From the NCBI RefSeq assembly GCF_001194135.2, contig NC_068982.1, forward strand, positions 164,726,726-164,790,725: DNA of 64,000 nt, given 5' to 3'. The notes beneath the pieces are model-generated. The model did no database searches. It saw only the letters and a list, made by a program, of their open reading frames with translations, and was not told the DNA's origin. This DNA comes from Octopus bimaculoides (lineage: Eukaryota). Made by a program: the position numbers and the translations under genes. Within the stretch, counting starts at the first letter, position 1, and each line of letters starts with the position of its first letter. Below are positions 42,201 to 55,605 of this stretch, in pieces.

Positions 42201-43100
42201 CGGTCAGGGGTTAGTTAACTCCTTTAGTTACCACCTCAATAGCAAGATGAGGCTGGAGAAGAGATACCTGTCACAAGATATGTTCGTGAAAAGATGGAAA
42301 CAAGTAGTGATAAGCTGTGAGAGACTGGAACCAGGTAAGTGGGGCCAGAAGGAAAAATAATGGTTCGAACCTGGCGGTTGGATGTCTTTCCTTCAGGCAC
42401 ACAGTCCTAAATTTTCAATGATCGTCAAGTTTATATTGAAATTTTTAAAAGAAAAAAAAAGATATAATTTTTAACAGCATGACGTTTATATTTTACCATT
42501 CGAAACATTTTCATTCGTAATAAGCAACTTCTTCACCCTCTATGTTTGTCTGTCCTTGTTTGTTTCATCTATGCACGGCTTCCATAGCCAATATATGAAA
42601 TAAAGAAGCTTGCTTCACAAATACATGCTTCCAGATTCATCCTCACTGCGTGGTCCCTTGAGCATGTACCTTCAAATATAGCCCCCGGCCGACCAAAGCC
42701 TTGTATGTGGATTTGGCAGGCGAAAACTTAAAGAAGCCCACTGTATANNNNNNNNNNNNNNNNNNNNNNNNNNNNNNNNNNNNNNNNNNNNNNNNNNNNN
42801 NNNNNNNNNNNNNNNNNNNNNNNNNNNNNNNNNNTATATATATATACCTATGTGTGTCTTCATGTCTGTGTTTGCCTCCCCACTTCCGCTTGAGAAGTAT
42901 TGTTCGTGTATGTACGCACCCGTAAGTTAGCAGCTCGGCAAAAGAGACCGATACAATAAGTACAAGACTTAAGAAATAAGTCCTAGGGTCGATTACATCG
43001 ACTCTGGAACTTATTTCTCTTCACAAAAAAACTCTTCAAGGAAGCGCTCCAGCGTGGCCGCAGTCAAATGACTGAAACAATAAAAGAAACAAAAAAGAAT
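39235..43100 (+). mobile_element. Full-length SINE family A interrupted by a Tx1-like LINE
   Basis: Head gacgcaggcgtggctgtgtggtaagaagcttgcttc at 39235-39270. The SINE resumes at 42603 (aagaagcttgcttcacaaatacatgcttccagattcatcctcactgcgtgg...gccgaccaaagccttg...aagaagccc), passes an internal microsatellite and gap, and ends ...gtggccgcagtcaaatgactgaaacaataaaag. Confidence 0.88.
39271..42602 (+). mobile_element. L1-clade (Tx1-like) LINE, end-to-end but multiply deleted and frameshifted, 14-bp TSD
   Basis: ORF1 remnant with a decayed knuckle (YKDGLKVHIRADCP). APE endonuclease motifs VVIGDYNAILD, LADRYRREYP, SYLDRI, YTDH. RT motifs SVRQGCPLSPLLYVLALEPL and AYADDISV. C-terminal CPRC..ENVLHAYVEC. AATAAA at 42599-42604. 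TSD aagaagcttgcttc at 39257-39270 and 42603-42616. Confidence 0.92.
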
Positions 43101-44299
43101 TTAAAACATAACGGTCAAATGTTAATTAAAACACGTTCTCTATAAAACAAGTAAATATTTCAAGAGAAATACCGAGGAATTCAAAATCTATTCTAGTTAT
43201 AATAGCAAAAAATGAATAAAAATACTCAGTATTATTACTAAATGTTTTGAATCGTAAAAATGTAACGCTATAGAGAAGAATATTTTTCTCGCTATTTTAT
43301 GGATAGTGGAAAATGATTTTTCTTTTTATACTTTGTTTCATTAGCAATGAAGAACGGTGAAGAAATTGAAGCGTTAAATCGTTCATAACCAACAACTTAC
43401 CATTACTGTTTACGTTGACTACACTAAAATACCTGATGGTTTTGGATGAATGAATTCAGTAGCTGTTCAACTAGAATAAATTAGAAATATAATTTTGCAA
43501 AGCTAAATTGAATGAAGTGTTGTGTCCATTTATCAAGAGCCTACTTATTTGGTTTGACTGTTTAAATAATTGTCGATATTTTGATGAAATCTAATCATCT
43601 AGGAATGAAGATGAGATTTATACAATTTTTATGCAGGAACACATGATCGGTACCAAATTACTGTATTGTGGTTTTGATGATAATGATGATATAGTATTGT
43701 TATGTGAATTGGCTGATTTAACAAACGGCAATAAAATGGGCAATCCTGGACTTTTGCAAGTATTCTTCTCGGAGATATTTGGTGTTCGGTGAGCTGTAAC
43801 ATTATAAGAGTTTAAACTAAGAATAACCATTACAGTAACCAACTTAAAAGTCCTATGATGTAATCACAGTCTATCTCACAGACATTTAGTTTTTAATTTC
43901 CTATTCAAAATTTTTCTGTATAAAGTTGTTGCAAAAGCTTTTAGCTTGTTGTTATACTGAGTAAATCTGCTGAGTAAGTCGATGGCTGCTGATCAGAGAC
44001 TCTCACTGAGCTGGGTACAATAAAGAAAAACAGAATGATTATCATTGTATTTAAATTATGTATAAGAATGGTAAGAACAAAACAAGAAGAAAGTCTCCAA
44101 TATAACAATTATTTAATTACACCAAAAGAAGAAATAAGTTGACCACGCAATCCATTATAATTGACACGACTCCTGGGCTTCATCCTCTACATACGAATTT
44201 ATAATACCACTAAATTGTTCCTAGTTTAGATACAATGCCAGAAATTTTGATGGGAGGAGCTTCGTTGCTTATACAGACCTCAGTATTTGTCAAGTTGCT

Positions 44300-44545
44300 T
44301 GTCTTAACGATTCCTAACAGATAAAATGTTATTGCTTCTAGGAGGATTTGAACTCAGAATGTTTGATGAATTTCTGTTATTTCTCCCGACGTTCAAATAT
44401 TTATTACAAACCACTTTTTTTAACAGGTGGAAAGCCGCCCTTGTCTTACTTATTATCGTCTTAATATCTTCGTCGGTGCCGCCTGAGAACGTTATCTTAC
44501 TACCTAAATACGTAAACTCGGCTACATCCTCTAATGTATCTCTGT
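44300..44545 (-). mobile_element. RTE-clade LINE fragment
   Basis: LEDVAEFTYLGSKITFSGGTDEDIKTIISKTRAAFHLLKKV matches the RTE motif VxxFTYLGSxIxxxGGTDEDIxxRIxKARxAF. Confidence 0.85.
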
Positions 44546-44840
44546 ATGCGTGTTTGAATATATATATATATTTCAATTTAATACACATTACGAAAGAGCT
44601 CCCAATAGGCAGATTTATGAAATACACCATGTATCTCAAAGCAATCTTTCAGGCACTCTTTATAAGTTAGATTTATTTTAAGACCCAGAACAATGGACGG
44701 TGAGAAATTAAGAAAAAACTTGTTGGCTTTGTTTATAATTTCAGTTTCTGTGAATAATATCTATGTGTGTATGCGTAATGTCACTGTTTATGTGTGATGA
44801 TATGAGATTAACATCGCAAATTGTTTCTTTCGCTGCACAC

Positions 44841-44890
<50 letters not shown>

Positions 44891-45117
44891 ACACGCACAC
44901 ACACACACACGTATTCATATTTATATATAGGTATATATATGTGTTTGAGTGTACATGCTACCTTTGCTTCATCTCGCCACATGGTTGTTCTTCAAGAAAA
45001 AATAGCATTTAACCAAGACATCAGTTTTTCGAGCAGCTGCTTCGTCTAGCATTGTTTATTATACATTCCAATTTATAATCGTCTTTATTAGACTTTGAAC
45101 AAATATCTCACTTTTAT

Positions 45118-45118
45118 T

Positions 45119-45183
<65 letters not shown>

Positions 45184-45184
45184 G

Positions 45185-45219
<35 letters not shown>

Positions 45220-45245
45220 TATAATAATAATAATAATAATAATAA
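45118..45245. repeat. (CTA)n + (TAA)n compound microsatellite
   Basis: Directly visible. Confidence 0.96.
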
Positions 45246-45774
45246 ATGTAAATTAATAATAGCAATGTATTTTTTTTTTTGACACAAGTGTTGGATGAAA
45301 CGAACATTACAAGAACGGGTTACATAAATGTCGAATCAAATAAATGAATAATGAGACGCACATAGTGTACAAATAGACGGTGATACTTTCTTTTTGATGT
45401 AAGTGAATCTCCCTGTGATCAACCAGGGAAGTATACACAACGAAAAATACCCCTGCCCACAACCCAGGTAGGTAAAATAACCTAATATTTCTCAGTCTGG
45501 CTTGTTCTACTTTCGGTTATCTGACAATATACCTGTGCAGTAACACAGCTGACTTAGTTTCCTTTCAAAATATTTAAAAAATACTTTAAAATATTTTGCA
45601 ATGTCAAAAGTGAAGTGCATTAGAAGTTCGTTAATGTGAAGCACATAAGCAATTTGTGAATATCACCAATACATTAGCATTTACCTGAAGATTGTTAATA
45701 ACAAGAAAATATACTATTCTTTGGAAAATGTTATGTTACTTTGCGACTACTTCTATAACACGTTCCTTGTAATA

Positions 45775-45960
45775 TTGGTTTCAAATTTTGGCATAATGGC
45801 AGCAATTTAGGGGCAGGGCGTAAATGCCGGTGCTCATCTGGCATTTATTTTAACGTGTCCGAAAAGGTGAAAGGCAAAGTCAACCTCGGTGGAATTTGAA
45901 CATAAAAGCTAAAGAGAGCGAAATGCTTCTAAGCAGTTAACCCGGCGTGCTAACAACCTT
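45775..45960 (-). mobile_element. SINE family B
   Basis: gaaaggcaaagtcaacctcggtggaatttgaac...gaaatgcttctaagca..acccggcgtgctaac is the reverse complement of family B. Confidence 0.8.
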
Positions 45961-46067
45961 TCAAACTCGCCACCCTACACAGTACTTGTAATAATGCAAT
46001 ATGCTATATTGTAAAATCGTAATATCACAAAAGAAAAATGTGAATAAACACACACACAGGCACATTG

Positions 46068-46068
<1 letters not shown>

Positions 46069-46106
<38 letters not shown>

Positions 46107-46156
46107 GTAGATAGATAGATAGATAAATAGATAAATAGATAGATAGATAGATAGAT

Positions 46157-46231
<75 letters not shown>
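46069..46231. repeat. (ATAG)n microsatellite
   Basis: Directly visible. Confidence 0.97.
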
Positions 46232-46233
<2 letters not shown>

Positions 46234-46719
46234 TGTATGCATGTGTGTATATATGTATCGCTTTGATACACCGAGAAGCGACAAATTACAGAAATCTATG
46301 CATAAGTATAGATTATTCTTTAATTCATTATAAGTAAAAAGCGAAAAAATGGTTTGCGAACTCTGAATTCCACGTTTGTGATCATTTTCCGTTTTTTTTT
46401 TTTTCTTAAAATATCAGTTGATTGAATATATTATATAAATATTCCAAAAATGCAAAAACGGATGTTTCAAACTCATGTCTTTCATTTTCGTTTCATCTCT
46501 GGCTCTCAGAGTAATACTCTAATAACTTTCCTTATGAAATTAACTCATTGTTTAAGTAGTAATTTATAGTTTTAGTTTTGCAACACTTTATTTGTACAAA
46601 TGCATATGTGTGTGATTATATGTTTCTCGCAAAACTGAAATTAATTTGATACTATCTATTATTTATTTCATTTTGTTACGTTACTTAATAGGAGTTACAT
46701 AAACATATAGAGTCAACAT

Positions 46720-47195
46720 AGTCGCTTGGTCTGTTGTCTTGAAGAACTTCAGTTTCCACCCTGCCAGTTGTCTGCACTTTGCTGCCATCTTGGTAATGTG
46801 CGTATGAAATGATTCATCATTTCACATAATCATCTCCAAGTCTTTCACTGCCTGTGACTCTGGAATTGCAGTGCCTTCGGGTCCAGTAAATGCAGGCTGC
46901 AGTGCATTCGCGAGTTGAGAGTGCAGTGCTTAAAATTTTCAGGCATTAAACTACATGTTGCTTACTTCGGCCCATTTGTATATTGCATTCATGTCTCGCT
47001 GTGAGCTTGCGACGTCATCTTGACTTGTTCTTGCCTGTGACAATTTTGTCATCGGCACAGCTAGTGATAGTAGTTGTCCGAGTGTCCGAGTTCGTGTCTA
47101 AGAGAATTATTATGAACAGCAATGACCCCAGAACAGTTCCCTGGGGGATGCTACTTAGGACTTGAATTTCCTCAGAAAGGGCACCATTGGCTGCA
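46720..47195 (-). mobile_element. CR1/L2-group LINE reverse transcriptase fragment
   Basis: VLSSIPQGTVLGSLLFII...SCADDK (PQGTVLGPLLF and FADD motifs), then in shifted frames TGPEGTAIPESQAVKDL and HTHITKMAAKCRQLAGW. Confidence 0.82.
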
Positions 47196-47196
47196 T

Positions 47197-47236
<40 letters not shown>

Positions 47237-47962
47237 GCTATATCTTAAAAAGCTATATCTTAAAATAAGTTTCTGTTTGCGTGATAAAATAAGATCTCAG
47301 TATTTGTAGTCATAAATATTTTGACTGGCAGGATTTTGTGGAATATATTTTGAATTACAATCATTATTTATCTAGTTTTCTTCCTAAGTCTTGTAAACTC
47401 AATTATTTTTTGGTTATGTATATAATTATTATGTACTAATGGAAATTATTGATGTATATTTCTTTACTTTCGGCTTCTACCTTTGTTTTAAATATTAATC
47501 TAACTTATCCGTGCTCTTTCTTTCATTTGTATGGGTTGGAGCCTCTATTCTTTATTAATTCATAAATCTTAGTACGACAAGGCTTGATCTAATTATCTCA
47601 GACGTGACTTTTAGCTAACATGATAATAGTATTTTTTATTCATTTATTTTCATTTTTTTTTTCAAATTTGCCGTGTTTTTTTTAAAGCTGATTTTTATTA
47701 CATTTACTCAGAGGAATTCGTGTACTCTGTTATAGCGTTTCCAGTTCTTAGTTACCCGGGCGTATATGTATTTGTGTGTGTGTGCGTATATATATATATA
47801 TATATNNNNNNNNNNNNNNNNNNNNNNNNNNNNNNNNNNNNNNNNNNNNNNNNNNNNNNNNNNNNNNNNNNNNNNNNNNNNNNNNNNNNNNNNNNNNNNN
47901 NNNNNNNNNNNATATATTTAATTGAAAAAAGAAAATGATCTCACACATTTTCCAATATGTAA

Positions 47963-47964
47963 TC

Positions 47965-48018
<54 letters not shown>

Positions 48019-48050
48019 GTAATAGTAATAGTAATAGTAATAGTAATAAT
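47963..48050. repeat. (TAA)n/(TAGTAA)n microsatellite
   Basis: Directly visible. Confidence 0.95.
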
Positions 48051-48789
48051 AAATCGCATATATAATTGACTATATCACGTTTTATTATTACTTGCAGAAT
48101 TATTTGGTATTGATGTATTATGGTAGCTAATACCAAATATTTCCACCAGTTAGAAAGACAGTCAAACTTCAATCAGTGTATACATTTTTCCAACAGTTCA
48201 TCTCTCACACTGCAATATTCAGTTATGGCTTTGTTGCTAAATACTTATTATTTACATGTGAAACTTTATACCATTCTGTTTTGGATTTTCTTACACATGA
48301 GCATTTATTATCTGAAATGTTATTGCAGTTAGGGCACTGTGCAGGAAGGTCATAACTCAGTAATTTTGAAGATTTGATATTTTCGTAGTCATTTGGTTGT
48401 ATATACTTTTGTTAACAGTGAGTGTTTCAGCTTTTATTTTTAATCTTTCCGTGTGATCATGTGTTTACAAGACTACTGTGGATGCTTGTTAAATATAGTA
48501 ACCTTAAGTTTACTTATTCACGGCTTGTATTTTCTCGGTTTATCGTAATTCGTATAACCTGAGCTAAATTTGTACCACTCGCTACATATGTGTTTTGCAC
48601 ATTTCGAATGTCCACTCTTGGTTACTAACACTCTTCCGTAACTTCTTTTCACTTACCTTGTATAATTTCTATTACTAATTACTCTACTGTATGATAACAA
48701 ATTACTTTTGTATTTTATAATTCTATTATTTTCTCTTGTTTCTTTTCTGACGTTTATCATCTACTTCATCGTTTTATAAATTTTTTTTG

Positions 48790-49105
48790 TTTTTATTCAG
48801 GTTTATTGGAACTCCAGGAGTCTTGCATGTGTAGTGGGCTTGTTACCTGCAGCCTACGATACCATGCTGTTTGTTCTTTTCAAGTATCTAATACTTTCCT
48901 GATGATTCTGGTCGTGCCAAGGAGGCAAACTCTTTATAGCAGCTCTACATGCTACACTATTCCGATTTCATTTATATTTCTATTGATATCTTCTGATACT
49001 GTCTCAAAGGATTCCACAATAATTGATACTATCTTCACCGTTTTCATTTTCCGCAGTCTAGCTATCTCGTATTTACAAGGATTACATGTCTATTTTTCGC
49101 CTTCC
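48790..49105 (-). mobile_element. R4/Dong-clade 3' fragment (subfamily Y)
   Basis: KYEIARLRKMKTVKIVSIIV...VCLLGTTRIIRKVLDT*. The UTR (gtatcgtaggctgcaggtaacaagcccactacacatgcaagactcctggagttcc) is shared with the copies at 51437 and 56540. Confidence 0.8.
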
Positions 49106-50438
49106 TTCCTGGTGGTTCTGGTGGTGGTGTTGGTGTTGATGAGGAAGAGGAAATTCCTTCTATCAAAGTTTTGGAAGTATAGAGAAAAATAGTTGAAACT
49201 TTTTCATACTTTGAAGTGTTCTTAAAGATTACAGAAAAAAATGGCTCAAATGCAACAGTTCACTACTATCAATAAAAACACAATTTGCTACAAACACCTT
49301 TTTTAGGAGATTAAGTGTATTATTCAGCAAATACTTGATATTTTTTAAAAATAAAATCCATACCACGTTGACATATCATTGTGTCAATAGATATGATTCA
49401 CTATTAATTTTTTCTCCTTAATTGTCCTTCTCCTGTTTCATGTATCAGATGAACTCATGTTTTTCGTCAGAGAAACTGTTTCCTATATCATCTTTTGGGT
49501 CATAGTAATAGTCATGAGTGCATTTTATACAACAATCTATCAGAGGATCCTCGTAATTGACATGTAAAAGGAAACCCCTTAGTAACATACAACGCAGAAT
49601 GTCAAAATATGGGCATCTGTTCACTTTTAGATCTCAGGGAACTGGTAGTAAGGCAGTGTGCGTCGTTCCCCCACCAGACTACCTTACTTCATCACCACGC
49701 CAAGTTTCAAGTGGTTTTCAGAAGTGTAACGAGCATGGTTAACGTTGACGTTTCTAGTTGACACCCAACCGTTGTCTGATGATACAAATATTCCGCCTGA
49801 CCACATAAAACCCCAACCCGTTGGTCTGAGTCTATTCTTTCATGTCAGATAACTGACGTCCTGCTGTCGACGTCTTAACCTTATGACTTTCATGGGGCTA
49901 AGTAGTTGCTATTACTTGTCCAATCACCACCCCAGTCTACGAATGAAAAAGACGACCATTAAAATATTAAATTATGAATTGACACATTATTAATTATCTT
50001 ATAACAGCAATGCCTGGAAAAATCATGGATTACATGGGAAAATGCGATCTTGAAAAGTAATGTTCTTAAGATTATAAACCCGGAAATGTACAGGACAAGT
50101 TATTACACCTGCAAAAGTATAGGACAAACTATTACTTCAAGTAAAGTAAAGAATAAGAAACGTTTTACATACCATATTGCAACTAAAATTAAATAATAGC
50201 TGTCAGTAAATGTGTGTGTTTGCATGTGTGTGTGCATGTGTGTTTGCATGTGTATGTGCGTGTGAGTATGTGTGTGTGTGTGTGTGTGTGTGTGCATATA
50301 CATATCAATATGCATAATATATATATATATATATAAATATATATCTGATCTGTATGTATATATGATTACGAAAGTATTACACGCAGAACTTATATTTCAT
50401 TTCTAAAAATATGTCACTCATTTCATGCATAAATATTT

Positions 50439-50486
<48 letters not shown>

Positions 50487-50671
50487 NNNNNNNNNNNNNN
50501 NNNNNNNNNNNNNNNNNNNNNNNNNNNNNNNNNNNNNNNNNNNNNNNNNNNNNNNNNNNNNNNNNNNNNNNNNNNNNNNNNNNNNNNNNNNNNNNNNNNN
50601 NNNNNNNNNNNNNNNNNNNNNNNNNNNNNNNNNNNNNNNNNNNNNNNNNNNNNNNNNNNNNNNNNNNNNNN

Positions 50672-50711
<40 letters not shown>

Positions 50712-51436
50712 GTATGTATTATTGCAGAGACGCACACACATCAACATGTGCGGAGATAATTATTTATGCATTGGTAATCGCTTTCCATATCTCATTATCT
50801 CGTTGATAGAATTGCTTGATTCTATTTAACTACATCATCTGAATCGTCGTACCGTAAGGGACCCAGTCATTTTCATGATATTGGTATTAAAGATTTTGTT
50901 ATTTCTATATTCAGGGAAGTCTCTTTCATCAAATGTCAGGTGGTTGTAATTGCTATTGTTCCAATTGTTACTGTGATTTTACTAAAATGATTGGCGTGTC
51001 CATTGATTTTCTTTCTACGCATTGTGTCTTTCTGTTTTTAATATATATCATTGTTGTATTGTCTAATTATGACAGTCGTTCATTTTTCTACATGTCATGT
51101 TTCTTGCCTCGCTGTAGGTGTTATAATAGTAATGTTTGCTGATTTGTAATAGTAATTGTTTGTTGATGTTGATATTCTTGTTAATCTTGTTGATGTTGTT
51201 TTTGATGTCGTTATTTTCGTTTTGTTGATGACGAATTTTTCGCTTATTTACTTATTGTTAAGTCTCTCACTTATCGTTGCTGAAATAAAACTCTTTTCCC
51301 TTGGTTATTATTCTTGCTTTGTGTTGATTGTGATTGATGTTTCGTTTTAGAAACGGTTTGACTGGAGAAGGGCTTATTTGTATAAAACTGTGTTATAATA
51401 AATAAGAGTATAATCAGAGAATAATTAGAATATAAA

Positions 51437-51579
51437 AAGAGAATAATCAGAAAAAAATATTGGATAGCTGAAAAGAACGAATATCACGGTACCGTAGGCT
51501 GCAGGTAGTAAACCCGCTACGCATGTAAGACTCCAGGAGCTCCCACAAAGCCTATGATAAAGAGAAAATAATAATAATG
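51437..51579 (+). mobile_element. R4/Dong subfamily Y, extreme 3' end with (AAT)n tail
   Basis: The last ORF codons and stop (agaataatcagaaaaaaatattggatagctga), then the UTR gtaccgtaggctgcaggtagtaaacccgctacgcatgtaagactccaggagctcc and aaataataataat. Confidence 0.8.
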
Positions 51580-51584
51580 AAAAT

Positions 51585-51930
51585 AGCTCTCATGGCACTG
51601 GCAGTGGATCTCACGATTTCTGATCTTAACTGATTGGAAGCACTGTCTTGTACATGTGTTCTATTGGTATAAAAGATGGGTTACAGTAAATATTCTGCTC
51701 AGCAATACAGATTTGTCTGTCAATTGATTGACCTTAAACAATTGGTTATGTCCCTTAGTAGCTGATATTTGAAATCTTCGATTACATGCCGAAGTAGTTG
51801 GGGAGCATCAGAGACATGTGTTGAGAAGAATTCTTTGGGGTTTGAATAATTCACCTCTGGAAACATGCGTGTTTCGTTCAACATCCTTAAACAAACCTTA
51901 TTCAGGGACCTTTGTGCAGGATGGGATACT
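51585..51930 (-). mobile_element. Interspersed repeat fragment (probable LINE 3' UTR or SINE body)
   Basis: The segment (tctgatcttaactgattggaag...ggtataaaagatggg...ctttggggtttgaataattcacctctggaaacatg...tattcagggacctt) resembles a common octopus repeat as recalled. No second copy in the window; unverified. Confidence 0.35.
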
Positions 51931-52050
51931 CCTGTTGCGTTGCTCTAGTAAATATTAAAATCAAAGGTCTTCTCGCCGTAAACATCCCATCTTTTTGTTA
52001 AGCACATTGTATGAAGGAGTATATTATCCAAACTGTATCACTCCTTTATA

Positions 52051-52123
52051 GGTTGAGTGGTTGAGAAGCTTGCTTTCCAACCATGTCACCTTGAGTTTAG
52101 TCCCGTGTCGACCAAGCCTTGTG
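52051..52123 (+). mobile_element. SINE family A head fragment, internally deleted
   Basis: gtggttgagaagcttgctttccaaccatgt...gagtttagtcccg..gaccaagccttgtg. Confidence 0.65.
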
Positions 52124-52519
52124 TATTATATAATCGCCATTACTGTATTGATGTATAATAATATATACAGCTCACTTATTATTGTCATATAAGAAACAAG
52201 CAGAAGTTTGTGTATGAAACTGATCTTTTTTTCTACTTCAATTATTACAAGTTTTTTTCTTATAAAATACACACACACACACAGGAGGAGTAAAACTATA
52301 TATATATAATAGCACTTTGAATGCTGCTCCCGAGAAAGAGTAAAAGTAATTACCTGAACAACTACGGGTATTACTCCTAGTAATAATAATAACAACAACA
52401 ACAATAATAATAACAATAATAACTAAATATTAATAAGATCCAAATAGATTGAATACAAAAGAATTGATCTTATAATAAAATAAAATGTATACAAAAGAAA
52501 ATGAAAATACTGATGTCAC

Positions 52520-52703
52520 ATTTTGTGGGGCGGTTAAATCGATTCTAACAACCCAAGCACTCAAATGGTACTTATTTTATGACCCACGAAATGATGAAAG
52601 GCAAAGTTGACCTTGTCGGAATTTAAACTCGGAACGTAAAAATAAACGAAATGCCGGGAAACACTTCTTCGGGGACGCTAATGACTGCGCCAGCTTGCCA
52701 CTT
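52520..52703 (-). mobile_element. SINE family B
   Basis: ggtacttattttatgaccc..gatgaaaggcaaagttgacctt..ggaatttaaactcggaacgtaaa...gccagcttgccac. Confidence 0.8.
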
Positions 52704-53627
52704 TAATAACTGAACATATTGGTAAATATCAAAACGTAGCCGGCGAGATGGTGTGACTGTTGAAGACTAAGTTGGAAATTATTCGTGTGATATTTGGTGC
52801 ATTGACTCAACACCCAAACTGCAACCAAAGAAACCGGAATTGCCTGGGATTGATACTTGCGTTGATTTAGCTCGAAAGATATTAAAGCCGAATATAGAAT
52901 ATGATTTATTATCAACTAGTAGGACACGAGTAAATTCCATGGAATAGAAGAAATTAAAAGGACCTCTTTATGAAAGAAAGGATTATCTGCATATATATAT
53001 AGCATTTATTATTTAGCTTTCTTTAAATATTCTTGACGTTCGACTAAATTCATTTCCTCACATCTCCGTCGGTGTTGTCTTTTTCCTCTTTTTGTTATAC
53101 ATTCGAACTGTTTGTCTCTGTTCCGTGCTCTTTGTCTGCACATCCTTTCTCGAGCAACCGTGTTTCTTGTAAATCTAGAGTTTATGCTATATTTACTTTT
53201 ATAAACAAAATATCATTTTGTTTTTTAAGCGAGCAGACGATGAATAATTTCAATTATGCGAATGCGATATTCGCTATGAAAAAAAATAGTTCAATAAAAA
53301 AAATACTTTTTAATATCAACAAAACACCACCGCCAGCACTGCCCCTCTCATTCCCTCTCTCAATATAACTGCCTTCCCTGTGCATCTCTATCTTCCTTTC
53401 CCTTCAGCTAACTTTTTAAGCATGTAATAGGTATTCTTTCTCCACGCCACCACACGCCAACACTTCTCTCCCTCTTTTTCTTTCGTCGTTTTTTCTTATC
53501 TCGTTCTTCGCCTCTACTTTCAGCTGACCACGTGACAATTTGGCCTAAGTGTATTAATGTTAATCACCTGTCTCTTCTTCCTCTCTTCTTTCGTCACTCC
53601 TCCCTCTCTTTCTCAGTGTTACTCCAG

Positions 53628-53676
53628 CTCTCACTCACTCCACCTCTCACTCACCCCACCTCTCACTCACTCCACC
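53628..53676. repeat. 16-bp minisatellite (ctctcactcactccac) x3
   Basis: Three adjacent near-identical units. Confidence 0.8.
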
Positions 53677-54248
53677 TCCACCTTTCTAACTAACGGGCGA
53701 ATGAACAAGCAGATTATTATATAAATACTCAATGCTAATTTAAGCAAAATTCTATAAATATAGTTTCTCAAAACAATTCTATACACTGTGTAGAATAACA
53801 ATAATGTATATACTGCATTTACGAAGAAAGATTATATATATTTAAAGTGACAAATATATATTTTAATATGTGTTTATATATTTGAAAAATATAATACTGA
53901 ATTTGTTAATTCATGTGCATACCTATAATATTCTTAATTTTATAACAGACGGTGTTACTTTCTCCAAAACATCCACTCTTCACAATTCATTGCGGAATAA
54001 CTAAATTTACACAGTTTCCTCGCTCAAATATCGGTAAAAAAAAAAGTCAAAAACGAAACGTAGTATATGATTTTTATGTGACAATATTGATTTAGAAAAC
54101 AAACTTGTATAGGTCAGCAATTTTGAACATATTAACACACACATATTTGTCTGTATCCACAGCATATTCATGGTAACACTATTTCATGATTTTATTTGTT
54201 GATACACAAGGATTGATTTATTATTTGAAATACAACCATTATTATTGC

Positions 54249-54250
54249 TA

Positions 54251-54300
<50 letters not shown>

Positions 54301-54350
54301 ATTGATGATGATGATATTGATGATGATGATATTGATGATGATGATGATAA
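54249..54350. repeat. (GAT)n microsatellite with periodic ATT interruptions
   Basis: Directly visible. Confidence 0.95.
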
Positions 54351-54814
54351 TAACTCCAGGAGTTACAACAAAACCTGTGATAAAAAGAATAATAATGATG
54401 ATAAAAATAGTAATAATTCAAATATATAATAACCATAATGATGATGATTTTATTACGTATTGTATTACAAAATAATGTATAAAATAATAAAAAAAGGCTT
54501 ATACATTACAATACTGAGCAACGCGCAATATAATCAACTTAAGATTGGTAAGGGTTATTCATACTGCATATTTTGCTAAACAAATCTATCTTTAACGTTA
54601 TTATTATTTGTTTTTTTTTTGGGGGGGGGGACTTTATATTGTACAAATTTTATCGGGACAGTCACATTAACATACAAACAAGAAAAAAGGTAAATAATCA
54701 ACTAGAGTATGAAGCTGCAAATGCAATTTTTAAACATTATATGTTAGAAAACATCAGTTGACAAAAACCTCAAATAACATCAAATACTGAAATGAAAACT
54801 AAAGGCTGTTAAAG

Positions 54815-54894
<80 letters not shown>

Positions 54895-55429
54895 TGCAAT
54901 TGTGTGTGCATGTGTATGCGTATATTTGTGTGTCTATATGTATACATCCATGTTTGTGTGTGAATATATATTTAGGAATATTTAGGAATATATATTTAGG
55001 AATAGATATATGCAAATATGCATATATATATTTGTTATATCACATTACTGTTGAACTATACATTAGTAGATTGATGGAAACAAAAAGGATTCGTGGATGG
55101 GGTTTAATATATTCACAATGGAATACACATTATATTTCAAAGTATCTTTTTATCTTGACATGGCTCTTTTTTATTTATTGTTATATAATCTTTATCTCTT
55201 TGATCTCATCTTTTTCTGTATGAAGTTATTACTGCTTTCCTGTGTGTATTTCATCATATCGCATCGTAGAGCGTAACGGGAATTTCACTACGATCCAAAT
55301 ATGTGTGGGGTTAACATATTTTTGAATTCATTTCCTTTCAGTTGCATTGAAAAATACCCATGTAAATAAAAAAAAAAGAAAGCAAATCGTAAAAGTATGC
55401 CTTTTGCATTTCTTGATACACACACGCTC

Positions 55430-55605
55430 TAATATTGGTAAGGCCAGCAATTTCGAGAGAGTGGAACAATCAATTACATCAACCCCAGTGCTCAGCTGGT
55501 ACTGATTGTATCGAAACCGAAAAGTTGAAAAGTAAATTCGATCTGATGTGGAATTTTCACTCAGAACGTAAAGACGGACTAACGATTCTACCAGCTTACC
55601 ACGTT
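55430..55605 (-). mobile_element. SINE family B, internally deleted
   Basis: attacatcaaccccagtgctcagctggtac...ggaattttcactcagaacgtaaagacggactaacgattctaccagcttacc. Confidence 0.78.

Noticed and set aside
45020-45050. Minus-strand ctagacgaagcagctgctcgaaa hammerhead-like motif
   Set aside because: The core has an insertion and no stem I/III pairing is evident.
49647-49688. 11-bp stem with a 20-nt loop (agtaaggcagt...actaccttact)
   Set aside because: Too short for a pre-miRNA and no family context; compatible with chance or an unrecognised repeat.
53628-53676. Short direct-repeat arrays (also 47236-47266 and 54963-55003) as CRISPR-like
   Set aside because: They are adjacent tandem duplications without unique spacers, in eukaryotic DNA with no cas genes.
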